DNA of 64,000 nt from an uncultured Acidimicrobiaceae bacterium (GTDB lineage Bacteria; Actinomycetota; Acidimicrobiia; Spongiisociales; UBA5794), in assembly GCA_947258985.1 (NCBI GenBank), contig CAMYKI010000012.1:43392-107391 (forward strand), in the 5' to 3' direction. Position 1 is the stretch's first letter, and each line of letters starts with the position of its first letter. This document shows positions 49,221 to 59,787 of this stretch, piece after piece. Below the pieces are notes generated by a model. The model searched no databases and was not told where the DNA came from. It was given only the letters and a program-made list of their open reading frames with translations. A program made the position numbers and the translations under genes.

Positions 49221-49602
49221 CACTTGTGTGTGTTTTGCGGAGGTGGCCCGGCTCCACGATTTCTTCGATGGATGGTTTCGAGGGGCTCTGGCACCGGAGG
49301 CATTTAGCCAATGCGAAGCGGCGCTCGCCGAGGGTTTTGTCATCGTCACCCCGGGGGGAGAGGCGGTGCAACGTGATGAGTTGCTGGCAGCTCTGCAGCG
49401 TCACCGCGGGAGGGAACCCGACAACTTCGCCATTGAGACGGTGGGCCGCCGCTGTCACCGGGTGAACGACGTCCACCTGGTGACATACGAGGAACGTCAG
49501 TCGGGACCGCGTCCAAACATCAGGCTGTCGACCGCCGCTATTGCCGCAGTCGGTGATAGCTTCGTCTGGCACCACGTGCACGAGACCTGGGTCACCGTCT
49601 GA
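49213..49602 (+). CDS. NTF2-like (DUF4440-type) protein
   Basis: LHDFFDGWF, VTYEERQ, WHHVHETW. Confidence 0.75.
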   Translation: MFDTCVCFAEVARLHDFFDGWFRGALAPEAFSQCEAALAEGFVIVTPGGEAVQRDELLAALQRHRGREPDNFAIETVGRRCHRVNDVHLVTYEERQSGPRPNIRLSTAAIAAVGDSFVWHHVHETWVTV

Positions 49603-49607
49603 CACCA

Positions 49608-49696
49608 GACGACCAGTACCTGGTCGTCGCCCGCAGTCTCCTCAGAAGACCACGGGGTGCTGCCGATTCCGCTTTGAGCCGTTCGGGGCACGGCTC
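49608..49696. terminator. Two hairpins between convergent genes, possible bidirectional terminator
   Basis: GACGACCAG-TAC-CTGGTCGTC (49608-49628) and GAGCCGT-N7-ACGGCTC (49676-49696); no U-tracts. Confidence 0.4.
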
Positions 49697-49708
49697 GTCC
49701 TCAGGCAA

Positions 49709-52390
49709 TCACAGTTCCTTCCACACGTACTCGATGCCGGGATCGCCCTTGCTTCGCTCAATCTGGAAGTCCATGGAGCGGACGAGGTCGAGCATGCGAT
49801 GGTTGGCCGTGAGTACTTCGCCCTCGATGCGGTCGAGACCGCGCGATCGTGCGATTTCCATCAGCCGCTTCAGCATCCGTTGCCCGATGCCGTGACCCTG
49901 GAAATCGTCGGAGACGACCAGAGCAAACTCGCAGCTGTTGAGGTCCGGATTGGTCACATAGCGGGTCACCCCGTGCTCGACCTCGTGCCCGTCCTCTTCA
50001 GTCACTGCGATCAACGCCATCTCCCGGTCGTAGTCGATCTGGGTGAACCGCACCAACATCTCCGGGGTCAGCTCGTGGACGGCATGCATGAACCGGAAGT
50101 ACTTCGTCTCATCAGACAGACTGCGGATGAAGTCCTGCTCGATTTCTGCGTCCTCGGGCCGGATCGGACGGATGGTCACGTCCCGGCCGTCGGGTAGCTG
50201 AAAGCTCGTCTCGAGGTCGGACGGATAAGGATGGATTGCCATGTGGGCGTATGCATCGGTCGACGGTTTGGGAATGCCGACAACGATGCGGGCGTCCACG
50301 GCCATTGCCCCTTCCTCGTCGAGAATCAGGGGGTTGATGTCCATCTCCTGGATCCAGGGGAGTTCGCACGCCATGTTGGAAACACGCAACAGCACGTCAA
50401 CCAGCGAGTCGGTGTTCGCCGCCGGCATGTTGCGGAACTCCTCGAGGCTCTTGGCGATCTTGGTCCGCCGGATGAGGTTGCGTGCGAGTCGCTCGTTGAG
50501 CGGGGGCAGGGCAATCGCGGCATCCTGGAGAACCTCGACCCAGGTACCTCCGGCGCCAAAGCTGATCACCGGCCCGAAGACCGGGTCGTTGATCACTCCG
50601 ATCATCACTTCGCGACCGTTGGTGGTGCGGTGCATCTGCTCGACGGTCACACCCTGGAGGTCGGCGTCCGGACGCTTCCTCTGGACACGTTCTATGAGTT
50701 CGCGGTAGTTACCGCGGACGTCGGCTGCATTGCGGATATTCAGCTTGACGCCGCCGACGTCAGACTTGTGCGAGATGTCCTCTGAGTAGATCTTCATCGC
50801 GACAGGGAACCCCATCGACACAGCCAGCACGAGGGCTTCCTCCGGGTTGCGGGCGATGCCGTTGCGGACCGTCGGCACATGGAAGGCTTCGAGCAACGCG
50901 ATCGATTCCGGTTCGGTCAGAACGTCACGCTTCTCGTTGAGCGCGGCCTCGATGATCAGTCGTGCGGCCTCGATGTTCGGCTCTTCATGCTCTAGCGGAA
51001 GACGTCCAGGAGTCTGCAGCAGCAGCGTTTGATTTGCCTTGTACGCGGCCAGGTAGTGGAAGGCGTCAATGGCCGCTTCCGGTGTGTTGAACGTCGGGAT
51101 GCCGGCCTGGCGGAACAATGAGCGCGCTTCATTCACCTGCTTGCCGCCCATCCAAGAAGTGATGATCGGCTTCCGGTTCTTTTGCGAGGCTTCTACGACC
51201 GCCTCGGCAACCTCCATCGGTTTTGTCATGGCTTGCGGGGTGAGGATGACGAGCACGCCGTCCACTTCGTCATCGTTGAGGCAGATGTCAATCGCCTCGC
51301 GATACCGCTCGGGCGGGGCGTCCCCGATGATGTCCACCGGGTTGCGATGCGACCACGTGTCCGGAAGTGCCCCGTTGAGGGCTTCGATGGTCGCGTCGCC
51401 GAGTTTTGCCAGGTTCAGGCTCACCTCGGGTACGTGGTCGGCGGCGAGCACTGCAGGACCGCCGGCATTGGTGACGATGGCGATCCTGTCGCCACTCGAC
51501 TTGTATTTGGATGAGAGAGTTCCGGCGGCGGCAAAGACCTGGCTGATGGTCTCCACCCGGACGACACCCGACCGTGCAAGCGCAGCCGTGAAGGCTTCGT
51601 CGCCCCCGACGAGAGCTCCCGTATGAGACATCGAGGCGGCCGCACCCTCCGAGTGACGTCCGGCCTTGATGGCTATGACCGGTTTGATGCGGGCAGCTGC
51701 ACGGAGGCCGCTCATGAAACGCCTGGAGTCGGTGAGTCCCTCGATATAGAGGATGATGCTTTCCGTTTTCGGGTCGGATGCCAGATAGTCCAGGATGTCA
51801 CCGAAATCGAGATCGGCCGCGATTCCTGTTGACACGACTGCGGAGAAGCCGACATCTCGGTTCTCGGCCCAGTCGAGGATGGAAGTACACAGCGCACCGG
51901 ATTGCGACACGAGGGCGATGCCGCCTTCCGCCGCCTTGTTGTTGCCGAAGGTTGCGTTGAGGCCGATGCTGGGGCGGATGAGGCCCAGGCAGTTGGGTCC
52001 CATGAATCGGATGCCGTGAGAGCGGGCCGCGTCCTTGACCTTCTCCTCGATGGCGCGTCCGGTCTCGCCGATCTCACGGAATCCGGCCGAAAGGATGATC
52101 ATCGACTTGATTCCGTAGTTGCCGCACTGCTCGACGATTCCTGGGACCGTGCGGGCGGGTGTTGCCACGATGGCAAGGTCGATGTCCTCACCGATTGCGT
52201 CGAGGTCGGGATACGCCTTCTGGCCTTGGACCTGCTCTCGCTTCGGATTGATGGCATAGATCTCGCCGTCAAACTCGCCTTCCAGCAGGTTCTTGAACAC
52301 AACCTGGCCGACGGAATCGGGGGTATCGCTCGCTCCGAACATCGCCACCGAGCCGGGGCTGAATAGGGCACTCAAATAATGCGGACGCAT
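49709..52390 (-). CDS. Acyl-CoA-synthetase(NDP-forming)-like / GNAT protein acetyltransferase (Pat/YfiQ type)
   Basis: GPNCLG, SQSGAL, SHTGALVG, NPVDIIGDA, HKSDVGGV, DINPL, C-terminal GNAT (IRPIRPED, TQIDYDREMA, QGHGIG). Confidence 0.93.
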   Translation of the reverse strand: MRPHYLSALFSPGSVAMFGASDTPDSVGQVVFKNLLEGEFDGEIYAINPKREQVQGQKAYPDLDAIGEDIDLAIVATPARTVPGIVEQCGNYGIKSMIILSAGFREIGETGRAIEEKVKDAARSHGIRFMGPNCLGLIRPSIGLNATFGNNKAAEGGIALVSQSGALCTSILDWAENRDVGFSAVVSTGIAADLDFGDILDYLASDPKTESIILYIEGLTDSRRFMSGLRAAARIKPVIAIKAGRHSEGAAASMSHTGALVGGDEAFTAALARSGVVRVETISQVFAAAGTLSSKYKSSGDRIAIVTNAGGPAVLAADHVPEVSLNLAKLGDATIEALNGALPDTWSHRNPVDIIGDAPPERYREAIDICLNDDEVDGVLVILTPQAMTKPMEVAEAVVEASQKNRKPIITSWMGGKQVNEARSLFRQAGIPTFNTPEAAIDAFHYLAAYKANQTLLLQTPGRLPLEHEEPNIEAARLIIEAALNEKRDVLTEPESIALLEAFHVPTVRNGIARNPEEALVLAVSMGFPVAMKIYSEDISHKSDVGGVKLNIRNAADVRGNYRELIERVQRKRPDADLQGVTVEQMHRTTNGREVMIGVINDPVFGPVISFGAGGTWVEVLQDAAIALPPLNERLARNLIRRTKIAKSLEEFRNMPAANTDSLVDVLLRVSNMACELPWIQEMDINPLILDEEGAMAVDARIVVGIPKPSTDAYAHMAIHPYPSDLETSFQLPDGRDVTIRPIRPEDAEIEQDFIRSLSDETKYFRFMHAVHELTPEMLVRFTQIDYDREMALIAVTEEDGHEVEHGVTRYVTNPDLNSCEFALVVSDDFQGHGIGQRMLKRLMEIARSRGLDRIEGEVLTANHRMLDLVRSMDFQIERSKGDPGIEYVWKEL

Positions 52391-52627
52391 TTGAATCGGC
52401 CTCCTAGGACCTTTTGATGTCACCTTCGCTGCTGTCCAATGGGGCAACTAGGGTCTCGCGGCCCCTGAACCATGCCAGCCGACCCCGAGTCGATCGGCAT
52501 GCGTCTCTGACGGCCGGGGCCCTTGTCGCGGGACGATGGTCCCGGTGTCCGGGGACCTCGGGCGCAGCGCTCACTATCGGGGATGGGCGACCTGAACCAA
52601 GCCGGGGTGCCGATAGCATACGGGGCC

Positions 52628-53158
52628 ATGGACAACGACACATCAGAAACTGCTAGAGCCGCCCATGCCGAATGGCGCCGGGTGCGGGACGAGTTCTTCA
52701 AGCACCATTACGCATCGCCGTTGCCGGAAGAGACGATGGAGGTCTTTGAGCGCATCGAGTACTTCCCATTCAACCCGGACATGGTTTTTGAGACGACCCT
52801 GCAACCTCTAGCCACAGATGCAGTGGAGATCCTCTCATCTACGGGTTCTCGCTCGGCCTACCCGGCGGCGGGCGAAGTCACGATCTCATTCCCCGACGGC
52901 GAGAAGTTGCTGATTGTGCTGCAGGGCGAGGAGGACGAGGTGTTCATCCCGTTCAGCGACGCCACCTGCGGCGTCGACTCCTATGGCGGAGGACGGTATG
53001 TGAGCCCGATCGCAGGGCCAGAAGGCAAGCTGGTCGTCGATTTCAATCGAACAATCAACCCATATTGTGTGTACGACCCCGATTTCTCGTGCCCGCTTCC
53101 GCCGGCCCAGAACCGTCTCACGATGAGAATCGAAGCCGGAGAGAAGGACTTCTGCTGA
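52628..53158 (+). CDS. DUF1684 family protein
   Basis: FIPFSDATCGVDSYGGGRY, DFNRTINPYCVY, CPLPPAQNRL, IEAGEK. Confidence 0.9.
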   Translation: MDNDTSETARAAHAEWRRVRDEFFKHHYASPLPEETMEVFERIEYFPFNPDMVFETTLQPLATDAVEILSSTGSRSAYPAAGEVTISFPDGEKLLIVLQGEEDEVFIPFSDATCGVDSYGGGRYVSPIAGPEGKLVVDFNRTINPYCVYDPDFSCPLPPAQNRLTMRIEAGEKDFC

Positions 53159-53214
53159 GGGTCGCGAGCTGCCGAACCTCAAGAAACCCAGGCAGCTGCC
53201 GATCTCGATAACTC

Positions 53215-54915
53215 ATGGGATCGCAGACCACATCAAGCGGCATGCGCTCGGATCCCGTCCTCGAGCTTGCCCGGAGAGGCGCCGTGCAGCTTGCGGTCGG
53301 TGGAGGAGTGGTTTTGTCGATCACGTCGCTCGTCCAGGTACTGCTGGGTGAGCCGGCGGCGGCGATAACCCTCGTTGCGGCAATTCCCACAACGGTCATC
53401 GCGTTGGGGATGCTGGGACAAGAGCGCCCCAACGTCATTGCGCTTCTGTCTCTCATAACGGGGTTCGCCCTTGCGGCCGAGGTCTTCGCCGCTGTTCGCG
53501 GTGAAACCGCCTACGTCGCCGGCATTGGTGCTGAGGTCGTGGTATTCGGTCTGGGGATGTTGGCGGTGTTCGTTGCCAGGAAGCACCCTGTAGTCGTCGG
53601 TGCCGGCTTCCTGATGGCTGCTCTTGCCATAGTCCTCGTTGCCCAGGTTCATCTCAACGGGCCCACGTTGGAGATTGTCAGCGACATATTTGTGATGCTG
53701 GCGGTTCTGGGGACGTTGATGTACCTGGTCATCCGAGTCATGCAGTCCCTTTCGCAATCCAGAGCCCGGTACGTCGATCTGGCGAAAGTCATCCCGGTGG
53801 CGACTTTCGAGCTGGATGCTTCCCGGGTGCTGAGACGACTCGGCGAACTCACCGGGCCCGAGTTTGCTGCGCTCGCTTCATCCCACGCACAGAACGAGCT
53901 CTACGCCGAGCTCATGGGTTTGGTCAGAATCTCATACACCAACGAAGCCGCGGACAACCTCGTCGACGATCTCGGGGTCTGGAGCGAGTTTTTGGCGGGC
54001 CCAAACGGCAAGGCGTTCAGAGCTGAGGCGACCTCGGTGTTGGTTGCCGTGTGGCGGGGTGTCGGCTCCGGTTCGGGAGAGGTCTCACTGGTACGCCGGG
54101 ATGGGTCCCAACAGGAATTCATCTACAGGTGGGCTCTCGGACAGATCGATGGCCGCGATCTGCCGGGGACTCTTGTATTCGCCGCAACCGATGTGACCCG
54201 GCTTCGCGAGACCGAACACGAACTAGCGAGGCAGCTCGAAGAGCGCGAACAGTTTGTTGCATCGGTGAGCCATGAGCTGCGCACTCCTCTCACGTCGATA
54301 GTGGGCTTGACGGAAGAGTTGGTTGATCGCCCCCAGGCCTTTGGTGACGCCGAACAGGCCGAGTTGCTCGGCATAGTTGCCGCCGAGGCACGCGACGTCG
54401 CAGACATCGTCGAGGATCTTCTGGTCACTGCCAGAGCGGAGGCTGGCCAACTCAACGTCAATCCTGCTCCTTGTGAACTCGGGAGCGAAGCGCGCCGGGT
54501 TGCCGATCTCCTTGGTGGCGTGGACATGGTGACAGAGGAGTCCTGGACCAATGCCGATCCGGTGCGGCTCCGTCAGATCATGCGCAATCTCCTGTCGAAC
54601 GCCGGTCGTCACGGCGGTCCCGATGTCCGCGCGGTGGTCCGTTGCGAAGAGGGTATGGCGACCTTCGAGGTCTTCGATAATGGCCCTCCGCTTCCCTACG
54701 ACGAGAGAGAACGGATCTTCATGCCGTATGAGCGCGTTGGCAGCGGTGGCGTTGTCGAGTCCGTCGGACTGGGTCTTCATGTGGCCCGGGTTCTCGCTCG
54801 CCTCATGGGCGGCGATCTCACCTACGATCACGATGGCCGGGAGTCGGTGTTTCGCCTCGAACTAATGACGATTGCCGAACCCTCGAGGGGAATCGACGGC
54901 GCTGCCGCCATGTGA
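53215..54915 (+). CDS. Membrane sensor histidine kinase (orphan)
   Basis: About 5-6 N-terminal TMs, VSHELRTPLT H-box, RQIMRNLLSNA N-box, GLGL G-box. Confidence 0.9.
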   Translation: MGSQTTSSGMRSDPVLELARRGAVQLAVGGGVVLSITSLVQVLLGEPAAAITLVAAIPTTVIALGMLGQERPNVIALLSLITGFALAAEVFAAVRGETAYVAGIGAEVVVFGLGMLAVFVARKHPVVVGAGFLMAALAIVLVAQVHLNGPTLEIVSDIFVMLAVLGTLMYLVIRVMQSLSQSRARYVDLAKVIPVATFELDASRVLRRLGELTGPEFAALASSHAQNELYAELMGLVRISYTNEAADNLVDDLGVWSEFLAGPNGKAFRAEATSVLVAVWRGVGSGSGEVSLVRRDGSQQEFIYRWALGQIDGRDLPGTLVFAATDVTRLRETEHELARQLEEREQFVASVSHELRTPLTSIVGLTEELVDRPQAFGDAEQAELLGIVAAEARDVADIVEDLLVTARAEAGQLNVNPAPCELGSEARRVADLLGGVDMVTEESWTNADPVRLRQIMRNLLSNAGRHGGPDVRAVVRCEEGMATFEVFDNGPPLPYDERERIFMPYERVGSGGVVESVGLGLHVARVLARLMGGDLTYDHDGRESVFRLELMTIAEPSRGIDGAAAM

Positions 54916-54951
54916 CCCAATCGGCCTGTGGCGACGGCTACTGTGGCCGCC

Positions 54952-55932
54952 ATGAGATTCGGAGCATTCACCCCCCAAGGCTGGCGGCTCGACCTAGTCG
55001 GGATCGAAACTGCAGAACAGTGGCCCACCATCCTCTCGGTAGCCAAGACAATCGAGGCGGCCGGATACGAGTCGGTGTGGGTTTACGACCATTTCCACAC
55101 CGTTCCCGTGCCGACTCAGGAGGTCACCTACGAAGCGTGGACCCTGATGGCGGCCCTGGCAGCGGCCACCGATACGGTACGGCTCGGCCAGATGTGCACC
55201 TGTAACGGGTACCGTTCACCCGCGTATCTGGCGAAGGTTGCGGCATCAATCGACGCCATATCGGGAGGCCGTCTCGAAATGGGTATCGGGGCCGGATGGT
55301 ACGCCCACGAGTATCACGGGTACGGATACCCGTTCCCCAAGGCGTCGGTTCGTATCGGCGAGCTGCGCGAGGCGGTCGAGATCATGCAGCGGATGTGGAC
55401 GGAGGACGAGGTCCACTTCCAGGGGAAGTACTACAAACTCGACGGAGCGATCTGTCAGCCGAAGCCTTTGCAGGATCCGCACATCCCGTTCTGGGTTGCC
55501 GGTGGTGGCGAGAAGCTGACACTCAACGTGGCTGCCAGGTATGCCAAGTACACCAACTTCGCGTCAAGCGTCGAAGAGTTCGAGCACAAGTCGAACGTGT
55601 TGCGCGGCCACTGCGAGGATGTAGGGACGGACTTTGATGCCATCGTCCGCTCGACCAACTTCAATGTGGTGTGTGCAGCTACCGAAGCGGAGGTGGAAGA
55701 GCGGATCGGCGATATCAGGGACCGCTACAGCCCATACGTTTCCGAGGATCGGCTCGATCGTGTTGAGCAGTTGTTCCGCAGCACGTCGGGCACTCCAGCG
55801 CAGATCGTCGAGAAGATGAGGCCCTGGGCCGACGCCGGTCTGGCGTACGGGATCGTTTACTTCCAGGAGGCGGCCTACGACACCTCCGGATTGGAACTCT
55901 TCGCATCCGAGGTCATCCCTGCGCTGATCTGA
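54952..55932 (+). CDS. LLM-class F420-dependent oxidoreductase
   Basis: WVYDHFH, EAWTLMAALA, LGQMCTCNGYR, SGGRLEMGIGAGW, AGGGEKLTL. Confidence 0.92.
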   Translation: MRFGAFTPQGWRLDLVGIETAEQWPTILSVAKTIEAAGYESVWVYDHFHTVPVPTQEVTYEAWTLMAALAAATDTVRLGQMCTCNGYRSPAYLAKVAASIDAISGGRLEMGIGAGWYAHEYHGYGYPFPKASVRIGELREAVEIMQRMWTEDEVHFQGKYYKLDGAICQPKPLQDPHIPFWVAGGGEKLTLNVAARYAKYTNFASSVEEFEHKSNVLRGHCEDVGTDFDAIVRSTNFNVVCAATEAEVEERIGDIRDRYSPYVSEDRLDRVEQLFRSTSGTPAQIVEKMRPWADAGLAYGIVYFQEAAYDTSGLELFASEVIPALI

Positions 55933-55969
55933 TCCGAACCAGGATTGATATTCAAAATGAGGTTGCTCA

Positions 55970-56872
55970 GTGTCGGTCGTTGGTGAGATACAAAGACGCA
56001 TAGTCGGCACCACTACGGGGCTATTTGCGCATGCGCCCTATCCGCTCGAGGAGTCGATGCGGTACCGGGGAGATCCCGGGTTGTTCGGACCCGAATCGAT
56101 CACCTGGCCCGTTATTGGCGATGTGGCGGCTTTTGTCGGTGGTATCCGGGCTCTGTTGGTCCAGGCCGCCCATCAGGAGGTTGCGGCCGGCGTGGCGGAC
56201 CACTCGCGCTACCAGGACGACCCGCTCGGGCGTTTGTCGCGCACCTCGGCCTATGTGACTGCCACTGCATTCGGTGCGGGGCCGGAGGTCGCACACGCAG
56301 TCGATCTGGTGAGGCGGGCCCATCGTCCGGTTTCCGGGGAATCTCACAGAGGTCGTTCATATTCCGCAGATCGACCGTCTCAGGCCGCCTGGGTGCACAA
56401 CGTGCTCACCGACTCATTCTTGGTTGCCTACCGCGTATTTGGCAGGCAGGAAATCAGCGACCAGGACGCTGACAGATTCGTCAACGAGCAGACCTCCGTC
56501 GGGAAGCTGCTCGATGCGGATCCATTGCCGGAGACTGCGGCGGAACTGAGTGAATGGGTCGCCGGTCATCCTGCCATCGGCCGCTCGCCGGGGATGGACG
56601 GAGCGATCGGTTTCTTGAAATCCCCGCCGCTGCCGCTGCGGGTCAAGATCGGATATCGGATTCTCTATTCGGCGGCGGCCGCGACCATACCGCCCGAGCT
56701 GCGGAGGGTCCTGGGAGTGAATCGGATCCCCGGAGCGATCCTCGCAGGAAAGGCGACCATCCTGTTCCTTCGTTGGGCTCTGGGATCTTCACCCTCGTGG
56801 TACATCGCGCTGCGTCGGGTAGGGGCGCCGCTGCCGCAAGGCCACCGGTTCCGCACAGAACCATTTAGCTAG
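55970..56872 (+). CDS. MpaB/DUF2236 oxygenase family protein
   Basis: GDPGLFGPES, GGIRALLVQAAH, DHSRY..DPLGRLSRT, AWVH. Confidence 0.88.
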   Translation: MSVVGEIQRRIVGTTTGLFAHAPYPLEESMRYRGDPGLFGPESITWPVIGDVAAFVGGIRALLVQAAHQEVAAGVADHSRYQDDPLGRLSRTSAYVTATAFGAGPEVAHAVDLVRRAHRPVSGESHRGRSYSADRPSQAAWVHNVLTDSFLVAYRVFGRQEISDQDADRFVNEQTSVGKLLDADPLPETAAELSEWVAGHPAIGRSPGMDGAIGFLKSPPLPLRVKIGYRILYSAAAATIPPELRRVLGVNRIPGAILAGKATILFLRWALGSSPSWYIALRRVGAPLPQGHRFRTEPFS

Positions 56873-56878
56873 CCGGTG

Positions 56879-56968
56879 GTTCTTGCGTAACTGCCGCCGC
56901 CCGGGTTGGCCGGCCTGAGTTCTTGCGTAGATGCGGTCGGATATGCGACCTGAGGTACGCAAGAAACT
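56879..56968. repeat. One partial and one complete REP-like palindrome between convergent genes
   Basis: GAGTTCTTGCGTA...TACGCAAGAACTC (13-bp arms, 56917-56968) with inner GGTCG-GATATG-CGACC; extra GTTCTTGCGTA at 56879. Confidence 0.8.
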
Positions 56969-56975
56969 CTGTGCG

Positions 56976-57929
56976 TCACCTTTTGCCGGGGAGCCAGGAG
57001 AGGTCGGTGTTGCCTCCGCTGATGATGACGCCGATGTTCTTGCCGGCCAGTTCATCGGCCATGGTACGAAGGGCAGCCAGACCTACGGCACCCGAAGGTT
57101 CAACAAGCATCTTCATCCTGTGTAGATGGAAGAGTGCGGCATCGATGATGGTCGTTTCCTCAACCCTGACGATCTCAACACCCGCCCAGCTCAAGGTGGC
57201 GAACGTGAGGCTTCCCAGCGCCGTGAGCAGTCCGTCGGCAACCGTATCGGGATTGGCCACCTGCGGCTGGATCTCGCCATTCTCGAGGGACCGAAAGGCG
57301 TCGTCGACCGCATAAGGTTCGGCGCCGACGATACGGGCCTCGGGGAGGAGGGCCCGGGTCGTGATCGCAGTCCCCGACATCAGCCCACCGCCGCCGATTG
57401 GGGCGACCACAATGTCGAGGTCGCCGACCTCCTCGATCAATTCCAAAGCGGCAGTTCCCTGGCCGGCGATGACTGCGGCGTTGTTGTACGGATGAACCAT
57501 GGTCGCCCCGGTCTCCTGAACGATCCGTGCAGTTGCGCTTTCCCTCTCCAGGTGCTCGACCATCTCGATCTCAGCTCCGTATCCGCGCACCGCATCGATC
57601 TTCACCTGCGGGGCATGATTCGGCATTACCACAGTGCACCGGATGCCTCGGATCGAGGCAGCGTAGGCGAGGGCGGCGCCATGGTTCCCGGAGGAGTGAG
57701 TGATTACCCCGCGCCCGGCGGCATCATCATCGAGTGATAGCACCGCGTTGAGAGCTCCCCTCGCTTTGAAGGCCCCCACCTTTTGCAGGTTCTCGCATTT
57801 GAAGAACACATCCGCTCCGATTTCTCTACGGAGCGTTGTCGAGGTTGCGATCGGGGTGCGGTGGGCGTGGGGCGAAACACGTCGTGCCGCGGCGAGAACG
57901 TCGTCAAAAGAAGCGGCAGGTTGCGGCAC
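56976..57929 (-). CDS. PLP-dependent threonine/serine dehydratase (serine racemase-like)
   Basis: KCENLQKVGAFKARGA, HSSGNHG, GGGGLMSG, VEPSGA, ISGGN. Confidence 0.92.
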   Translation of the reverse strand: MPQPAASFDDVLAAARRVSPHAHRTPIATSTTLRREIGADVFFKCENLQKVGAFKARGALNAVLSLDDDAAGRGVITHSSGNHGAALAYAASIRGIRCTVVMPNHAPQVKIDAVRGYGAEIEMVEHLERESATARIVQETGATMVHPYNNAAVIAGQGTAALELIEEVGDLDIVVAPIGGGGLMSGTAITTRALLPEARIVGAEPYAVDDAFRSLENGEIQPQVANPDTVADGLLTALGSLTFATLSWAGVEIVRVEETTIIDAALFHLHRMKMLVEPSGAVGLAALRTMADELAGKNIGVIISGGNTDLSWLPGKR

Positions 57930-57963
57930 AGAAGCTCCACTGGGATCGGATCCGGCGAGTGTA

Positions 57964-59787
57964 TCAGCGCTGTTTCGCCCGCTTGCGATCGCTCTCGACG
58001 AGCAGCCGCTTCCTCACCCGGATCGCGGTCGGTGTTGCTTCAACCAGTTCGTCTTCCGCAATCCACTCGATTGCGGTTTCAAGAGTCAGTTGTTTGTGAG
58101 GCTTCAGCTTGATGGCTTCGTCGCTGCTGTGGGTGCGGATGTTGGTGAGCTGTTTGCCTTTGGTCGGATTGACCACCATGTTCTGCGGTCGCGATGCTTC
58201 ACCGATGATCATGCCTTCGTAGACCTCGACTCCGGGTCCCAAAAAGAGTTCGCCGCGCTGTTGCAGGTTGTCGAGAGCAAACCCGGTCGTCTTGCCCTTA
58301 CGGTCGGCGATCATTGCTCCACCGGTCCGGTGGGGGAGGTCACCGGCCCAGGGCATCCAGCCGGCGTGGTGCTGGTGTATCAGTGCCGTACCCCTGGTTG
58401 CCGTCATCAAGAGGGAACGAAAGCCAAGCAGCCCTCGCGCCGGGGCTTCCAGGGTGACGATGGCGCGTCCGGTGTCACCGGGACGCAGATCGGTGACCTT
58501 GCCCTTGCGGGGCGCCACCGTCTGGGTTACGACACCAACGTGCTCGTCGGGCACATCGACCACGGCGCGCTCGACTGGTTCGTGGGGTGACCCGTCGATT
58601 GCCCGAATGATGACCTCAGGCCTGCTTACCTGGAGCTCGTATCCTTCACGTCGCATCGATTCGATCAGTACCGCAAGCTGCAGCTCGCCCCGACCGGCCA
58701 CTTCGATGATCTCCGGTGATGGCGTTGAGCCGATTCGGATCGACACGTTGCCCAGTACTTCCCGCTCCAGCCGGTTCCTGATCTGACGCGACGTCAGGTA
58801 CTTCCCTTCGCGCCCTGCGAGAGGCGAAGTGTTGACGCCAAAAGTCATGCGGAGCACAGGCTCATCGATCTCGATGCGGGGCAGCGGAATCGGATTATCG
58901 GCGTCCGCAAGAGTGTCGCCGATTTCCACCTCGGGGAAGCCCGCAACTACAAAGAGATCGCCGGCGACTCGTTCGTCGATCTCGGCCCGTTCCAGACCGG
59001 AGAAGCCCATGAGCTGGGTGAGTTTCCGCCGCAGCGGAGGTTCCTCGTCGTTCGAGTGACAGAGGACAACCTGGGTCCCGCTGCGCATCGTGCCCTCTAC
59101 GACACGACCGATGGCGAGCCGCCCCAGGTAGTCGGAGGCATCAAGATTGGTCACCAATGCTTGCAGCGGGGCTTCCGGATCACCCGACGGTGCCGGGATC
59201 GTCTCGAGGATCGTGTCGAGCAACGGACTGAGATCGGCGTCCAACTCAGGGATTCCGGTGCCGGCAATAGCGCGTCCTTCGCGGGCGACCGTCGAGATGA
59301 TGGGAAACTCTATGTGGTGATCCTCGGCGTCGAGGTCGAAGAAGAGCTGGTACACCTCATCTGCAACTTCAGCGAGCCGGGAGTCTGGACGATCGACCTT
59401 GTTGATCACCACCACGGCCGGCAGGCCGCGGGCGAGTGCCTTGGACAACACGTAGCGGGTCTGCGGCATCGGCCCTTCGGCGGCATCGACGAGAAGTAGT
59501 ACGCCGTCGACCAGGGTGAGCGCCCTCTCTACCTCGCCGCCAAAGTCGGCATGGCCGGGTGTGTCGACCAGGTTGATCCGGGTGCCTTGCCAGTCGATCG
59601 ACGCGGCCTTTGCCAGGATCGTGATTCCTCGCTCGCGTTCTTGGTCGTTGGAATCCATCACCCTGTCTACGAGCGCTTCGTGGGACTCGAAGACGCCGGT
59701 GGCGCGCAGCATGGCGTCGACCAGGGTTGTCTTGCCGTGGTCGACGTGCGCGATCAAAGCGATGTTGCGGAAGGGAGTGCGGGACAT
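57964..59787 (-). CDS. typA: Translational GTPase TypA/BipA
   Basis: [51 protein letters not shown]. Confidence 0.97.
   Translation of the reverse strand: MSRTPFRNIALIAHVDHGKTTLVDAMLRATGVFESHEALVDRVMDSNDQERERGITILAKAASIDWQGTRINLVDTPGHADFGGEVERALTLVDGVLLLVDAAEGPMPQTRYVLSKALARGLPAVVVINKVDRPDSRLAEVADEVYQLFFDLDAEDHHIEFPIISTVAREGRAIAGTGIPELDADLSPLLDTILETIPAPSGDPEAPLQALVTNLDASDYLGRLAIGRVVEGTMRSGTQVVLCHSNDEEPPLRRKLTQLMGFSGLERAEIDERVAGDLFVVAGFPEVEIGDTLADADNPIPLPRIEIDEPVLRMTFGVNTSPLAGREGKYLTSRQIRNRLEREVLGNVSIRIGSTPSPEIIEVAGRGELQLAVLIESMRREGYELQVSRPEVIIRAIDGSPHEPVERAVVDVPDEHVGVVTQTVAPRKGKVTDLRPGDTGRAIVTLEAPARGLLGFRSLLMTATRGTALIHQHHAGWMPWAGDLPHRTGGAMIADRKGKTTGFALDNLQQRGELFLGPGVEVYEGMIIGEASRPQNMVVNPTKGKQLTNIRTHSSDEAIKLKPHKQLTLETAIEWIAEDELVEATPTAIRVRKRLLVESDRKRAKQR

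Noticed and set aside
55945-55955. TTGA-TAT-TCAA palindrome upstream of the MpaB-family gene as a metal-regulator box
   Set aside because: Arms only 4 bp and no match to a consensus I can name
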